NCBI GenBank assembly: GCA_965287045.1
Contig: OZ336876.1
Span: 2,356,001 to 2,420,000, forward strand
Source of the DNA: Carcharhinus amblyrhynchos
Taxonomy: Eukaryota
Length of the DNA: 64,000 nucleotides
Reading direction: 5' to 3'
A program made the translations under genes and the position numbers. How positions within the stretch are numbered: the first letter of the stretch is position 1; each line of letters begins with the position of its first letter. Shown piece by piece: positions 1 through 12,900 of this stretch. Under the pieces are notes generated by a model. It did not search any database, had not been told where the DNA came from, and saw only the letters and a program-made list of their open reading frames with translations.

Positions 1-282
1 CAATAGTTAATCAGTTATTTAAGATTTAATGAAGTCACAAATGAATCAATTTGTGCAGGCGAGCTTAAACATGCCATAATACATTTTTATTTGGTAAGGT
101 TCAACAAAACTTTGGCAGCAAAAACACATTTTGTTCAAGCTGTCATGAGGTGATATCTATTTTTTCTCCGCCTGGGTCGAGTGGCTCTGACCTGAAACCG
201 CAACTTTCCACTCAGACGCGTGGTCACTTTAACCATCGAGCAGATATGCGATCAGATGTTATTGTCTATTAATAACATGTTG

Positions 283-1089
283 TTCCACTGCCCATTTGCG
301 TCACCCCCGAATCTTGGCATTACTAAATGTTATTATTATCCTATTTGTTACGGAAATGAAAATGTTATGCACTTCTCATTAATTAGATGCCACATCCTCC
401 GTTATTCTCAAGGAGATTTGCACAGCAGCATTGAGATGGAGACCTGCTCATCCGAGGAGAATAATGTGCATTAACAAACAATTCGGCAAATGTGCAATGT
501 GTTCAGTATTTAACACGTGAGCTATCCATTTTCCAATTTAAAACCCTATTATTAGTACAGTGCATATTAAAAATAAAACGGCCAGAAACAAAGAGGCACA
601 TAGACTGAGATAGATAGAGACATCGAGACTGCCATACGGAGACTGACGTAAATACAAACATATCGAAAGAAGCAGAGGCTTAGCCAGCTACAAACGCAAT
701 CTGAGACTACCGTTTGACAAACAGAGATGGCGGTAAAAATACAGCGATAGACAATGACAGAAGTGGACACAGAGGCTGAGACAGTCTGTTACAAGCCCAA
801 TGACAGAACAGAGATGCACGGATGGACTCAGGGCTTTAAATTGGAAAATGTATACCTCACTTGTTAAATATTGAACACATTGCACACGTGCCGAATTGTT
901 TATTAATGTACATTATCCTCCTCGGAATGTGCAGGTCTCCATCTCAATGCCGCTGCACAAAACTTGAGAATGATGGAAGATGCGGCATCTAACTAATGAG
1001 AAGTGCATAACAATTCCATTTCCGTAACAAATAGGAGAATGACATTTAGTAATGTCAGGATTAGGGTATGACGTAAATGGGCAGTGGAA
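283..1089. repeat. Long inverted repeat (arms about 283-547 and 830-1089) around an AG/AC-rich spacer; foldback/MITE-like
   Basis: ttccactgcccatttgcgtca...ttccaatttaaaaccct is the reverse complement, with scattered mismatches, of agggctttaaattggaaaa...tgacgtaaatgggcagtggaa. Confidence 0.9.
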
Positions 1090-1099
1090 AGGTTTTCAA

Positions 1100-2750
1100 A
1101 TGAGTCTTTGTGAGTAGAACTTAGAAGTGTTAAGAGGCCAGCAACATCATAAGAAGTGTACTACAGGCCCCAGCAAGACAGTGGGTAAAAGAAGAGCAGG
1201 TCTGTAGACTGCTCACAGAGTTGTGTAAGAATAATAATTGAGTCATTGTATCAGGGGACTGCAACCTACTGAACATAAATTGCGACAGTCACAGTGATAA
1301 GTGTTTAGAGGCGACTGATTTATTTAAATGTATACAAGGGAGCTTTTTGTATTAATATGTATGACGCCCAATGAGGGATGGGACAGTGATGGATCTAGTT
1401 TTGGTGACCAAAGCTGGATAGGTGTTCAAACTGGCAGTGGTGGAGCTTTTCAGTGATAGGGACCACAGCATAGTATGCTTCAAATTTGTTATGGACAGGG
1501 AGAAAGATGGCCGTCACCAGACACATTTTCTTTTATGTAAGGTAGGTTTAATTAAGATAAAGCAGGACCTGGCAAAAAGTCAAGTGGGGAATCAGCGGAA
1601 GGCATTCACAACAAAAAACTGGGGAGAGTACAGTCCGAGCACATAGCATTTAAGGAGGAAATGAGAGGGCAATGAGTTCAACGAACTCAGGAGTCTTGGA
1701 ACAATCCAGAACTGTATGACGAAGATGTGAAACGCACTTAGCATGTCGACATGAAAAATAAACAGCTGCGGCATTAGGAGGTAAATAGGAAGTGCAAGAC
1801 GGAACTTAAGAAAACAATTAGAAGATCAAAAAAAGGGCATCAAGAAAGGACCTGTGAACAGGATTACGGAGAATCCTAAGAAATATTATGAATAGATTAA
1901 TGGAAAGAGTTTAACCAGGGAAGCAGTAGGGCCCATGGGAGACGAGGGGAGCAATCTGTGTGCGAAGCCACATGAATTTCGGAGGGTGTTAAATGAATAA
2001 TGCACTTTGGTCGTCATTCTTGAAAAGGAGAACATAGGAACGGAATTTATTAAAATAGGCTATAAGGAAGTTGTTCAATTTGGCAGAGGAAATGGTGTGG
2101 ATCGGGGGATTTGATGGATTTAAATATAGGCAAATCCCATACCCGCGTAAAAAGCAGCCCAGCTGCTACAGCAGGCGAGGCAGGAGATTGCAGTTTTTCT
2201 AACACACTCTTTCATTCCACTCTGGCCACGGAGAAGGGCTATCGAGGATTGGAGGATTGTCACTGTAGTTGCAGTTTTCAGGAAGATTCGTAGGGATCAA
2301 TCAGGAAATGACAGAACTCAAATCTCGATTCAGCGGTCGGAAAACTATTGGGCAAATTTCTGAAGGAGAGAATTAATATTCACATGGAAAGGTATGAGTT
2401 AATTAGGGATAGCAAACATGGCTGTGTCTGAATAGTGTCATGCCTAACCATTTTGGCAGAAGTGTTTTTCGAAAATGAGGACGAGGGAAGTTAATTTGAT
2501 GTTGTTGAATTGATTTGGAAAAAAAATAACAATGTACCTCATGGGAGACTGATTGAGAAGGGTAAAGTATACTTAATTCACACAAACTTAGTGAGACGGA
2601 ACAGAAATTGGCTTAGTAATAGGACACAAAACGTACTGGCAAGAAGGCTCGTACGACAGACTGTGGACCGATCTCCAGTGATGCCCAATAACGATCTATA
2701 CTGGCATATTTATTCTTGTTTTATGTATCAGTGATACAGATGAAAATGTG
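1100..2750 (+). mobile_element. Decayed CR1 LINE ORF2 fragment (endonuclease to RT region)
   Basis: Residual motifs (VYYRP, DLV, FSDRDHSIVCFK, VPHGRLIEK...NWLSNRTQ) interrupted by stops and frameshifts. Confidence 0.75.
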
Positions 2751-3232
2751 GATAGCATCAGTCACGCCATTTATCGCTTGCTCTTGCCTTTTTATAACTA
2801 CAAATTTTATGAGTTTTGTTCATTGATTCCTCTGTCTCAGACGTTGTGCTGGCAGTTTTGGGGAAAATGGTAACCACTGAAGGGTACTTGTTGAGGGGTG
2901 AGGGGAAGAGTTTCCTGGGGGAAGGGTCATTTGTTGCATGACCTTCAGGTGTCTAAACATGGTTGGAGATCCATGTCAAACATGTGCAGAGTTCCAAGAG
3001 GGATGGTCACTCACTTTTGCTGCTCGCAGAATGTTGTTCTTTTTTTTGTGACATTGCCTATCAGAACACCGTTTCAGGCTCCTGACGTTCACCACTACTG
3101 CTATCTCCTCTCAAAATGCTGTGACAGAAGCACCTCTTAGGTTATTGCCATGGCGCGGAAACAGACAATAACACCCTCCTCCATGACACCTAGCTCCTGG
3201 TCTGCCTCCGAAAATCTATTTCCATGCAGCCA

Positions 3233-3555
3233 TCGGTACCACAGTGATTCGCACTGCTGCTTCACACCTCCAGGGACCATTATTCGATTCCTGGCTTCGG
3301 CCATTGTCTGTGCGGAGTTTGCACATTCTCCCCGTGTTTGCATGGGTTGCCTGCTCCTCCCACAGTCCAAAGATGGGCGGGTTACGTTGATTGGCCATGC
3401 CAAAAAAAAAAGTCCTTAAGAACCCTAAGAGGCGTAGGTTAGAGGGATTAGCGGGTTACTATGTAGGGCTATGGGGGTAGCGCCTGGGTGGGATTGTGGT
3501 CGATGCAGACTCGACAGGCCAAATGGCCACCTTCTGAACAGTAGGGTTTCTATGA
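3233..3555 (+). mobile_element. tRNA-derived SINE (HE1/V-SINE-like)
   Basis: gcactgctgcttcacac...gggacc...ttcgattcc head, core gtctgtgcggagtttgcacattctccccgtg, CR1-like tail ending ttctatga. Confidence 0.8.
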
Positions 3556-3794
3556 TCCTTGTAGTGCAACTGGCTGTGTGTCCTTTCCTGTAGTTGATAT
3601 ACAGCTCTGGCTTATTAGTGTAGTGCAGTTGCAGTGAATGGTGTTAGTGAAGGGTCAGTTGGCAACAAATACCTGAGAGATACTGTGAAGGCTGCATTCA
3701 GTTGAGTGCAGTGTCATTCATCCCTCAGAGTGCAGAGTGACTGTCATTCAATAGGCTGCTGTGTCCGAGGCTGGGGGGTTGGGAGGGGGGTTAG

Positions 3795-4120
3795 TGAACA
3801 AAGAACAAAATCAGCCCGGGAAACAGGCCCTTCGGCCCTACGAGCCCGCGCTGCCATCTCAACACCACCAGCCCACCTCTCTACCCATGACCCCTATCTA
3901 ATGTTTTATGGCCATCCAGATTGAGGGAAAACTGATTTAGGGACAATTTATTCCTGCCAATCAGCCTAACAGCACATCTTTGGGGTGTGGGAGGAAACCG
4001 GAGCACCCGGAGAAAACCCACGCAAGCACGGGGAGAGTGCGCAAACTCCCACAGACACCGGCCCAAATCCATGCGTCTGCACAGCAATCAGCGATAGTCA
4101 CTGAACTGTCGTCTTGCCCA
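3795..4120 (-). mobile_element. SINE (HE1/V-SINE-like), reverse orientation
   Basis: gggaggaaaccggagcacccggagaaaacccacgca...gcaaactcccacagaca is the reverse complement of the SINE core. Confidence 0.75.
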
Positions 4121-4309
4121 GTATCTTGTCCAGTTTAGGCACACACTAACGGCATGAAGCACTCGGCCAATCTCGAACAACCAAGAGCAGCCCCAGTACG
4201 ACCCATCACTTGTATGCCCCTCGTTGGACACGAGGTGGACCGACTTAAAACCTGTGAATGAAAAGAGAAAAACATTATTATCATACTATACTCATTTACA
4301 TTTCCAGAG

Positions 4310-4680
4310 ACGCCCCAATGCTAATGACCTTTATTTAAAAGGTTCTCCTATATCCACCCATCTCCAACTCAGTCATCTACCTGTCTAGGTTACTCTTAAA
4401 GGACTCTAGCGTGTTTGCCTCCACCACCTTACTTGGCAGAGCATTCCATACCCCCACCACCCTCTGTGTGAAAAACCTCCCTCTAATATCTGTGTTGTAC
4501 CGCTCCCCCCTCACCTGAAGTCCATGGCCCCTTGTCCGAGGTGTCTCTATTATAGGAAATAGCTTACCTCTGTTTACTCTATCTATACCCTTCATAATCT
4601 TATATACCTCTATTAGATCCCCCATCAGTCGACGTCTTTCAAGGGAAAAGAGCCCAAATTTATTCAATCTTTCCAGTGTG
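4310..4680 (-). mobile_element. CR1 LINE 3' end
   Basis: ORF 4377-4691 GLFSLERRRLMGDLIEVYKI...TRGH...FFTQRVVGVWNALP, the CR1 ORF2 C-terminus. Confidence 0.9.
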
Positions 4681-4879
4681 GGGGGTTGCAATACTCAAGG
4701 CTTCTACTCAAGAGATGGAATGAACACAAGTCAGGATTTTGCATGTCAGCACAATGCTAGCTCTCCACAGGGCAGCTGATGGGACAGTATGTTCAAGGGA
4801 TGGAGGGATTACATACTCAAATTATGCAGCTCCATGGGGGCATGACGTGAGCGGGGAGCCATATGTATGTGTGGGCGTA

Positions 4880-5460
4880 GACCGTATGCGTGTGTGTGTG
4901 GTTAGGGGGGGGGGGTGGGGGGGGGGAAGTATTGAGACCAGCACGGTCACATTCTGGGGGGTGTGGAGGGTATGTTGTGGGGACCAGCAGTGAGGTGAGT
5001 GATGTTTCTGTGTAGGGGACAGCAATAAGCCCAGCGATGTCTCAGGTTGCGGGGGGGTGGGGGGGGGGGGCGCGTTTAATGTGGTTCTGGGGGCCAACAA
5101 TGAAGTCAGCGATGTCTTTGTTGGAGAGTTCTGGGCGCCAGCGATGTGTGTGTGTGTGTGTGTGTGGTGTAGAGGGGGCGGGTGCTTTGTTTATTGGACA
5201 AGCGATGAGGCCAGCGACATGTGTGTGAGGTGGTTGTGGGTGCTTTGTTTATTGGCCAAGTAATGAAGCCAGGGAGGTGTGTGTGGGGTTTGGATGGCAG
5301 TGACCTGGATGTTGGGGGCGGGGGTCTTTTCAACGAACTTCCAGCGTTGTGCCCATGCTTGGGTTCCCGCCCATTCCGCTGATTTCAGGCTATTTGGCGC
5401 GAATAGGCACAACCATTTCCCCACCCCCCACCGCCCCTCCAGCCCCACCCCCGAGCGGTT
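4880..5460. repeat. G-rich/GT-rich low-complexity region with long G runs and (GT)n
   Basis: G-runs near 4905-4927 and 5051-5070, (GT)n near 5145-5166, C-runs 5418-5452. Confidence 0.7.
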
Positions 5461-6544
5461 TAGTGATATTTACCTCTGGGATCTCTGCAGTGCACAGAGT
5501 GCCGAAATTCGGACGAGAAGCTGAACTGCGAAAACAGTTGGGATTTAGTACAGTCCTCCAACCAGTTCAGTAATTTTGAAAAAAAAATGCGGACTTTGTC
5601 TCTATTGTGCTTCGAAATGCTCATGACAAGAAGAAGACAAAATTAAAGAGCCATACTGTAAAAAGTGATTGCTTAGCAACGAGGGGCACATTTCGAATAG
5701 TAAAGCTTTTTTTTTGTGATTTTGTCTTTGACCTTAATTCATAGCATCTGATTATTGGAAGCTACCGCGGCAATATCTCTCTCAGTTTCATGGGATGAAA
5801 ATGTACATTGTGGGATAAGTATTAATGAAAAAAAAAGATAGTTAAAGAACAACTCGTAATGAAAACTAGAGAAAGGTAGAGAAGTTGTCAAACCGCCTGA
5901 AGTTTAAAGAATAGAGGGGAGTTTGTGTTTACCTTTATGCCTTCACCGTTCAAAAATCTGTGCTGGTTCTCTGTTTAGATAATACTTTGTCCTTTTATCT
6001 TTGCTGCCAAAAGAAAAGGCACTTCACGTGTTCACGTTTTATATTCCATCCATCACTCACTCAATCTCTCTTTCTGCGCCTGCAAACTGCTTATGTTTCT
6101 TCGCAACGTGCTTACCTATGTACCATTGCATCATCAGCATCGTAATCTGAGGACTCAAACGTTAAAAATTATTGCTAAAGAACTAAAGAGGACGCGAAGA
6201 GGGGAAGAATCATTGGGCTATGTGTCGTCATCTGGAATGCAATGCCTCAATGCATGTTGTAAACGGCATCAGTACAACGTTTCTAAATAAACGTGGATAA
6301 TTGTGGAATAGTGTAGAAATGCAAGAACGGGGCTGAAATTTATTACAATGTTCAATGAAGCGATGTTCTAAACGGACAATGAGTCACATGGTGAATGAAG
6401 GGACTGTTCAAGCTGTGCAGGTCCTTTCATAGTAAAGATACGGTGTAGAAGGACAGCATTTTTGTCGATCAAACAGCCAGAGACAGATGGGCCCAGTGGG
6501 AATTGAGGATGAATCCTTTCATACAGATCACTGGAGAGTCCCGT

Positions 6545-6890
6545 GGTTTTTTTTGCACAGTGTTACGGCGGCATATCACTGCTCCCTCACAACGACAGGG
6601 ACCCGGCTTCATTTCTAGCCTTCCTTGATTGCATTCGTGGAGTCTGCATTTTCTCTCTGTGCTTGTCAGAGTTTCCTCTGAGATCTAGTTTCTCCTGCTG
6701 TCCAAAGGTGGGCAAGATATGTGGATTGGCCATTCTAGATTGTCCACTACTGTCTAAAGATATATATTTCGGTGGATTGTTCATCGTAAATGGGATTTAG
6801 GTAAAATGCTGTGCTGGAGAGCCGCTGCAGGCACGGTGGGCTGAATGGTCCCCTCTGCACTGTAGAGATTCTAAGATTCTATGATTCTAT
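6545..6890 (+). mobile_element. Decayed SINE (HE1-like) ending in GATTCTA(A/T) repeats
   Basis: cagggacccggcttcatt, ggagtctgcattttctct, tail gggctgaatggtcccctctgcactgtagagattctaagattctatgattctat. Confidence 0.7.
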
Positions 6891-6944
6891 ATAAACAAGG
6901 AGCTTTTGGCTTCAGTTTGCTTTTGAGCAGTCTGTTCACTCCTG
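6881..6944 (+). CDS. Candidate leader exon 1 (MILYKQGAFGFSLLLSSLFTP, phase 1)
   Basis: ATG at 6881, hydrophobic run, strong donor CTG|GTGAGT in phase 1 compatible with the next exons; the ATG lies in a SINE tail, so the assignment is uncertain. Confidence 0.4.
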
Positions 6945-9900
6945 GTGAGTGGCCAATGTAACTGAAATTGGATCTAAACACCTTATTGAAAATGTCAATC
7001 ATTTTGTTGGCCTTGTCACAGTTGATGAGGTCCTTTCGTTGATACTTGTTGTCACATTTCGACAAAGTTTGTCTGTCAACTGTCAGTTATGTTTCCATGG
7101 GTGTATTTTTCATGGCAATGCTCCTGCCAATCAAATTCCACTTGCCAAACTGGCATTCCTCTCTTTTCATACAATCTAAATTGGTGTTGCTTTTACATGT
7201 GGCATTTTTTCCAAATCATATGGATGAGTGCAAGAGGGAAAGCCTCGGTAGCACATGCATTTTTTTTTTCCCCAGCGTTTGATCTTGACACACAGCAACG
7301 CAAAATATTTCCTGACGAGATCAATAGCACATTTCAGACTTCAATGTAATAAGTTAATGCTTCAAGAGTATGTTGAAAGTTAGAGGATCAGTGGACGTAA
7401 AAGATCAGCAACGTTTAACGTTTTTCTTTCTGTTGAGGGTGTTAAAAGGGGAACCCCACACTTCATTATTTTAATTTATGTTAACAGTACAAGAAACAAA
7501 GTAAGCCCTTCAAACTCCTGCAGCTCCTCTGCCATTCAAAACAGATACAACTGATTTGTATCTGCTGTATGTTTACAAGCCCTGTTTCCACATGCTAAAG
7601 GATGTACGTCAAATGACTATCGGAACATAATGACATAAGAACTAGGAGAAACAATAGGTCATTTAGCCCTTCGAGTTTACTCGACCTTTCAGTAAGATCA
7701 TGGCTAATCTTTTTATGGGCTCTAGTCCCTTTACCCGCCCTCTCACCATAGCTCTTAATGTATTTACTGATCAAGAACCTGCCTATGTTTGCCTTAAAAA
7801 AAGAAGATTCAAAGAAGTACCTCAACTGCTCACCAGGCAGGGATTTGCACGGATTCACAAGACTTTGAGAGAAGAGGCTCCTCCTAAACTCAGCCCTAAA
7901 TCTGCCACCCCCTCTTATTTTGATGACATGCTCCTTAGTTCTGTTTTCATTGGACATTTGAAACAACCTCCCTGTTTCTTTCTTATCTATTTCCTTCGTA
8001 ATTTAAAATGTTTTTTTTTCATATAAGATTTCCCCTCACCCTCGCAAATTCCAAAGAGGTTAGTCCCAATCAACTCAGCCTCTCCTCATTAGCCAACCCT
8101 CTCAACTCCGGAATCAACCTCGTGAATCCCCCTCTATTGCCAGTATATCTGTGATGGCTGGGTTGAATGACTGAAACTATTGAAGAGATTGAGGGGCCTC
8201 CTTTATTTGAAATGCCTCATTTTAGGTCATGGGTTGTATTAAAATCAGTAGTATCATTCTAGAATTGTCGGCAGCATCTCGTTGCTGTTTAAGTAATTCA
8301 TATTATCTCCTTTCAGTGGCTTTTGCAATTCGGCGGAGCGTTTCTAACAGTAAGTGTTAACATTTCTCTCTAAAATCATGACTGTAAGTATTGAATTTCC
8401 GGTCCTGATGAATGAGTTAGTTTGCGTCGCTTGAAATACATTCTTTTGCTGTGCACAATCCCGTTGTAATGAATCTCGTAAATCAGAACACTATTTTAGC
8501 ATGCCAGTGCCGTGATGTTTGAGGAAATGCCCGCATTTATTGACAGTTCATTTTTAATTCTGTTGAGGACGTAAAAAGAGCAACCCCGCACTTCACTATT
8601 CTACTTAATACCAACGACACAAAAAGTAAAATAAGCTCTTCAAACTCCTGCAAGTAAGTCTGATTTGTATCTGCTGTGCCTTTACAAGCCCTGCTTCCAC
8701 ATGTTTTTATAAACTTATCGAAGACAGAAGTTATGACTTAATAGTCTGAAAAATTCAATTTCCACAGCAACAGAAAAGCTTTTTTTTTTCTGCATTTGGT
8801 GTCAGATTTAATCTAACCATTGTTAGAGCGTGTTCGTTATAACTTCCCTTTGAATAACCTACCCAGATTTTCTCTCCTGCAGAGAACTATGAAATGGGAG
8901 GAATTAACACGTCTTTTCTTTGCGAAAAACGTGTCTCATCGAAATCAAATAACTCTATAACTGAGGACCTCTATACGGAATATAGCCCATGAAATTGGTT
9001 GCAAATATTCACCCTAACATTATTTAAGTGTGCAACTGCTGCATTCCACTCAAGAACAATAAGTCATCCTGAGTTGTTCTATCCAGTACTGAATTTCATA
9101 AAAGGTCTAGTCTAACAAGAGATCAATAGAGCAAGAATGCAGATTGAACCACATATTTATTCAACGGACCTTGAAAGGAAGTTGCTACCCCATTACCCGC
9201 TTACATTCCATGCAAATACTTCTACTACCATTGAACCACTTTGTCTGCTTTCTTGTGATGAGGATGTGTCTGTGTTTATTTGTTATTCCATTGAATAGGG
9301 GCTTCCCTGAAAATATTTGTTGTGAATCCTCCAAAATCCCTGTGAAGTGAATCCCTCATTCGGCTATTTCATAGGGAATTTAAGAGTCAACTCCAATACT
9401 GTGCATCTGAGTCAAATGTCGGCCAGATAAGGTAATAGTTTCCTTCTTTAAGCGACATTCGAAATTCAGAAGACTTTCTTTTAACAATCGATAATGATTT
9501 CATGGTCACCATAACTGATACAATCTTTAACTTCCAGATGTACTCATTTAATTCAAATTTTACCAACTGCCTTGGTGGAATTCGAACATGCATCCATAGA
9601 AAATTAGCTTAGGCGCCCAAATTCCTAATCCATTTCCCATTGCCTTCAATTGCTCCCAGCTTCTCAACTCTTAAACAATAAGGAATCTAACCATCCCCCT
9701 CCCGCAAGAAAAAACAAACTCTTTCAATATTTAAAAAATTCCCCCACACTGATTGCCTTAACTCAACATTACTTTTCCACGTTATTCTCTCATCTACGAA
9801 ATGTGATATACTATAAATCTTAGTGGCATAACCAAGTTAATATAAGCAAACCTACAGCTTCAGCAAAGTAGTTTACGAATACTGTAAATTTCTGCGAACC

Positions 9901-12900
9901 TAATACAGATCATTGACTGACAAGTCCATACAATCCTGTCAATTAGTGTACATAGTCATTACTCCTGACCTCTGCCGCTAATTTGAAATTAATTTCCCAC
10001 CCTTTTCGAAACCCAAACATGGAACAGCCGGAGTAGGCCATCATTCTCTCCAGCCTGCTCCGTCATGTGATAAATTCATAGCTGATTTAAAAATAACATC
10101 AAATCTACGTTCTGTCGAACCAAATATGCTGCCACACCATTTGCGTAACAATAATCTATCTAGCTCTGCATTAAATATGTTCAAAGACTGCTACTATGAC
10201 ATTTTCAAGGAGAGATTTCCTGAGATTCATCATACTCTGAGAGAAAAAAATATATTCATTCGACTCATTATTTTTAAACAGCACGAGTTCAAGATTATCC
10301 CAAAGAGGGACATCCTCTTGAAATGGATACTGACAGGAACCCTCAGGGTGCTTTATGTTTGAATAAATCACTTATAACTCTTCTACACTCCGGTGGATAC
10401 GAAACTAGCCTTCTCAGCCTTTCGTCTTTAGACATCCGGCCCATTCCTGGCATTAGCCTTGTCAAACTTCTCTGAACTGCTTCCAATACAGTTACGTGCT
10501 TCTTGAAGTAAGGAGAGAGCAGCTACACACAGGACTGCAGGTCTGCCTATCTCCTGGACAACTGAAGGAAAATCTCCCCATTGCATTCAATTTCCTTCTG
10601 AGTCAATGATAAACCTGTTCAATGTATAATGTCTAATTACATATATTTGCACAGTGCATTTCCCAGGATAAAAAGTACCTTTTTCCAACATTTTCCTGAT
10701 GAGATTGTTTTTTTCCATGCAAACACCAAGCACAGCGTCTGGAATTAGCATGTCATTGGGTAAGTGTATTTATAGGTAACTATATCACCAACTCCAGTTT
10801 TGCTTCTTTTTCTCGAAGCCCTTAATTTTCCTCTCTGGTGTTGGACCTCGAAACATTCGCCGTAAAAAAAAAACAAAACAATGTCATTCAAGTACTTCGA
10901 ATTTCGACTTTCCCAAGTTGTGTTTCGTCGTGACAGAGGCAACCACTGCAATTAATGCATGCTGAGTATCATTGGGAAGATGAAGAAGGAGTTACATCCC
11001 CCAGATCAGGGGAGGGGAGAAGGCCAAATGCAATTCTGAGCGGACAGTCATAATATGGAACAATTTGTTCCTCGTTCCCACTGACGGATGAAGGCATAGT
11101 TTGAAAGTGACTCACTGTGATTTGATGTTATAACATCATCCGCAAACACAACTCACGAACCAATTTGAGTGGAGCATGCTGAATCACCCAATCATATTCA
11201 CAGAGCCATCGAGGTTTACAGCATGGGATCAGGCCCTTTTGTCCAACTAGCCCATGTCACCTAATATTTACCACTAAGCTAACCTCAATTGTCCACGTTT
11301 AGCACATATCCCACCATAACAATCTTACCCATGCAATTGTCTGAATGCGCTTTAAATACGAAATTGTTTCCGCCTGTACTGCTACCTTTGGCAGCTCGTT
11401 CCAGGCACTTACCACCATCTCTGTGAAAAAAGCGCCCATTAGTATCTTTAATCTTAAAACTGCCCTCTATGTTTGGACTCCTCTACCCTTGGGAAAAAAA
11501 AAGTTGACTAAAAAATGTTGACGATTTGACGACCTCACTTATCTGTGTCTCTCACAATTTTACAGACCTCTGTAAGATCTTCCGTAAGCCTCCTACGTTC
11601 CAGGGGAAGAAACCCCAGTATGTCTAGCCTCTCCTTAGAACTCAAACCATCAATTCGTATTCTCGTATATTTTCTGCACTCTTTCGAGTTTAAACATATT
11701 CTTTCTATAATTTAATGACTAGAATTGTACAGATTGTTCCAAGTGTGATCTTTCCGATGTGTTGTGCAACTTCAACAAGATGTCCCAGCTCATGCATTCA
11801 TGTTCTCACCAATGAAACCAAGCATGCCAAATGCCTTCTTCAACACCATCGTTCTCATTCGTTGTTACATATTAGTTTTCCACCCGCAATGAGGTGCGAG
11901 CGCTATTTCCCCATCTGCTGCTCTATCTCAATTCAAAATAACTAAATAACTGATAGAAATGCCTTCTGATACAGAATGCAGAGTGTTAAAATACGACTTC
12001 GGCGAAAACTTGCCTCCACCAAGTAATCCAGGCCGGCAGTTACCGTGTTCCAGTACTGAGGCACTGCTGCGCCGTCGGAGGCAGATGAATACATAATAGT
12101 ACTGCAGACTGACACCAACAACCGTGTCCATAAACCCCCTTCACTCACCCGTTGCCAGCGCCGAGGGAAAGCCTCACTGTCAGAGGTAGACGTATATCCT
12201 GCAAGATTTGTGAATAATTGTCCAGAGTCAGCAGTGCTCGGGGAGGGCCGCATTGTCACTGCAGATGTATAATCTAGGTTTTCAACTTTCCATAACCCAG
12301 TCCGACACCCCTCCTTTCACCAACCACCCCACCCCCCCCCCCCCAAACACGCACGCACACACACACACACGCACACACACACACAAACACACGCACAAGC
12401 TGCTCGCTGAGGCAGTATTGTACTGTTGAAGCTAGATGCATGCATTCTGGGATTTAAATCTCATAATCCAGGCCGGCACTCCTCCAGTATCAGTACTGAG
12501 GGAGTGCACCACTGTCGGAGGCAGATGTTCATGCTCGATGTTCCATTTCCTCGAAATATTGGTCAGTAACCTTACTGTTGCAATGTCTGCAAAGGTTATT
12601 TTTAACAACGGCCTCAAACCATAAGTAGATCCTGCGAACAATTGTATCTGAAATTAATGGCGATGCCATCTTTACTGAAACACGCACATGCTCAGAATAG
12701 TTTATCACATTTCTATGACAAAGTATCTGCATTTTTCCAAATTCATACCAATTCCTTTGCTTATCCGTAGCTCCCCATCTCATATCCAGCCAGTTCTTGC
12801 AGTCCAGATTCTTTCACCTTATCAATAAAAATCAGCACTTCTCTTGCTTATTTTGCCCTCCAACTTTTTCCAAGACTGAGCATATTTCACAAAAACTTAA

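Noticed and set aside
6093-6141. Alternative first exon MFLRNVLTYVPLHHQH with phase-1 GT
   Set aside because: Weak donor (gtaatc) and poor hydrophobic core; less likely than 6881-6944 but not excluded
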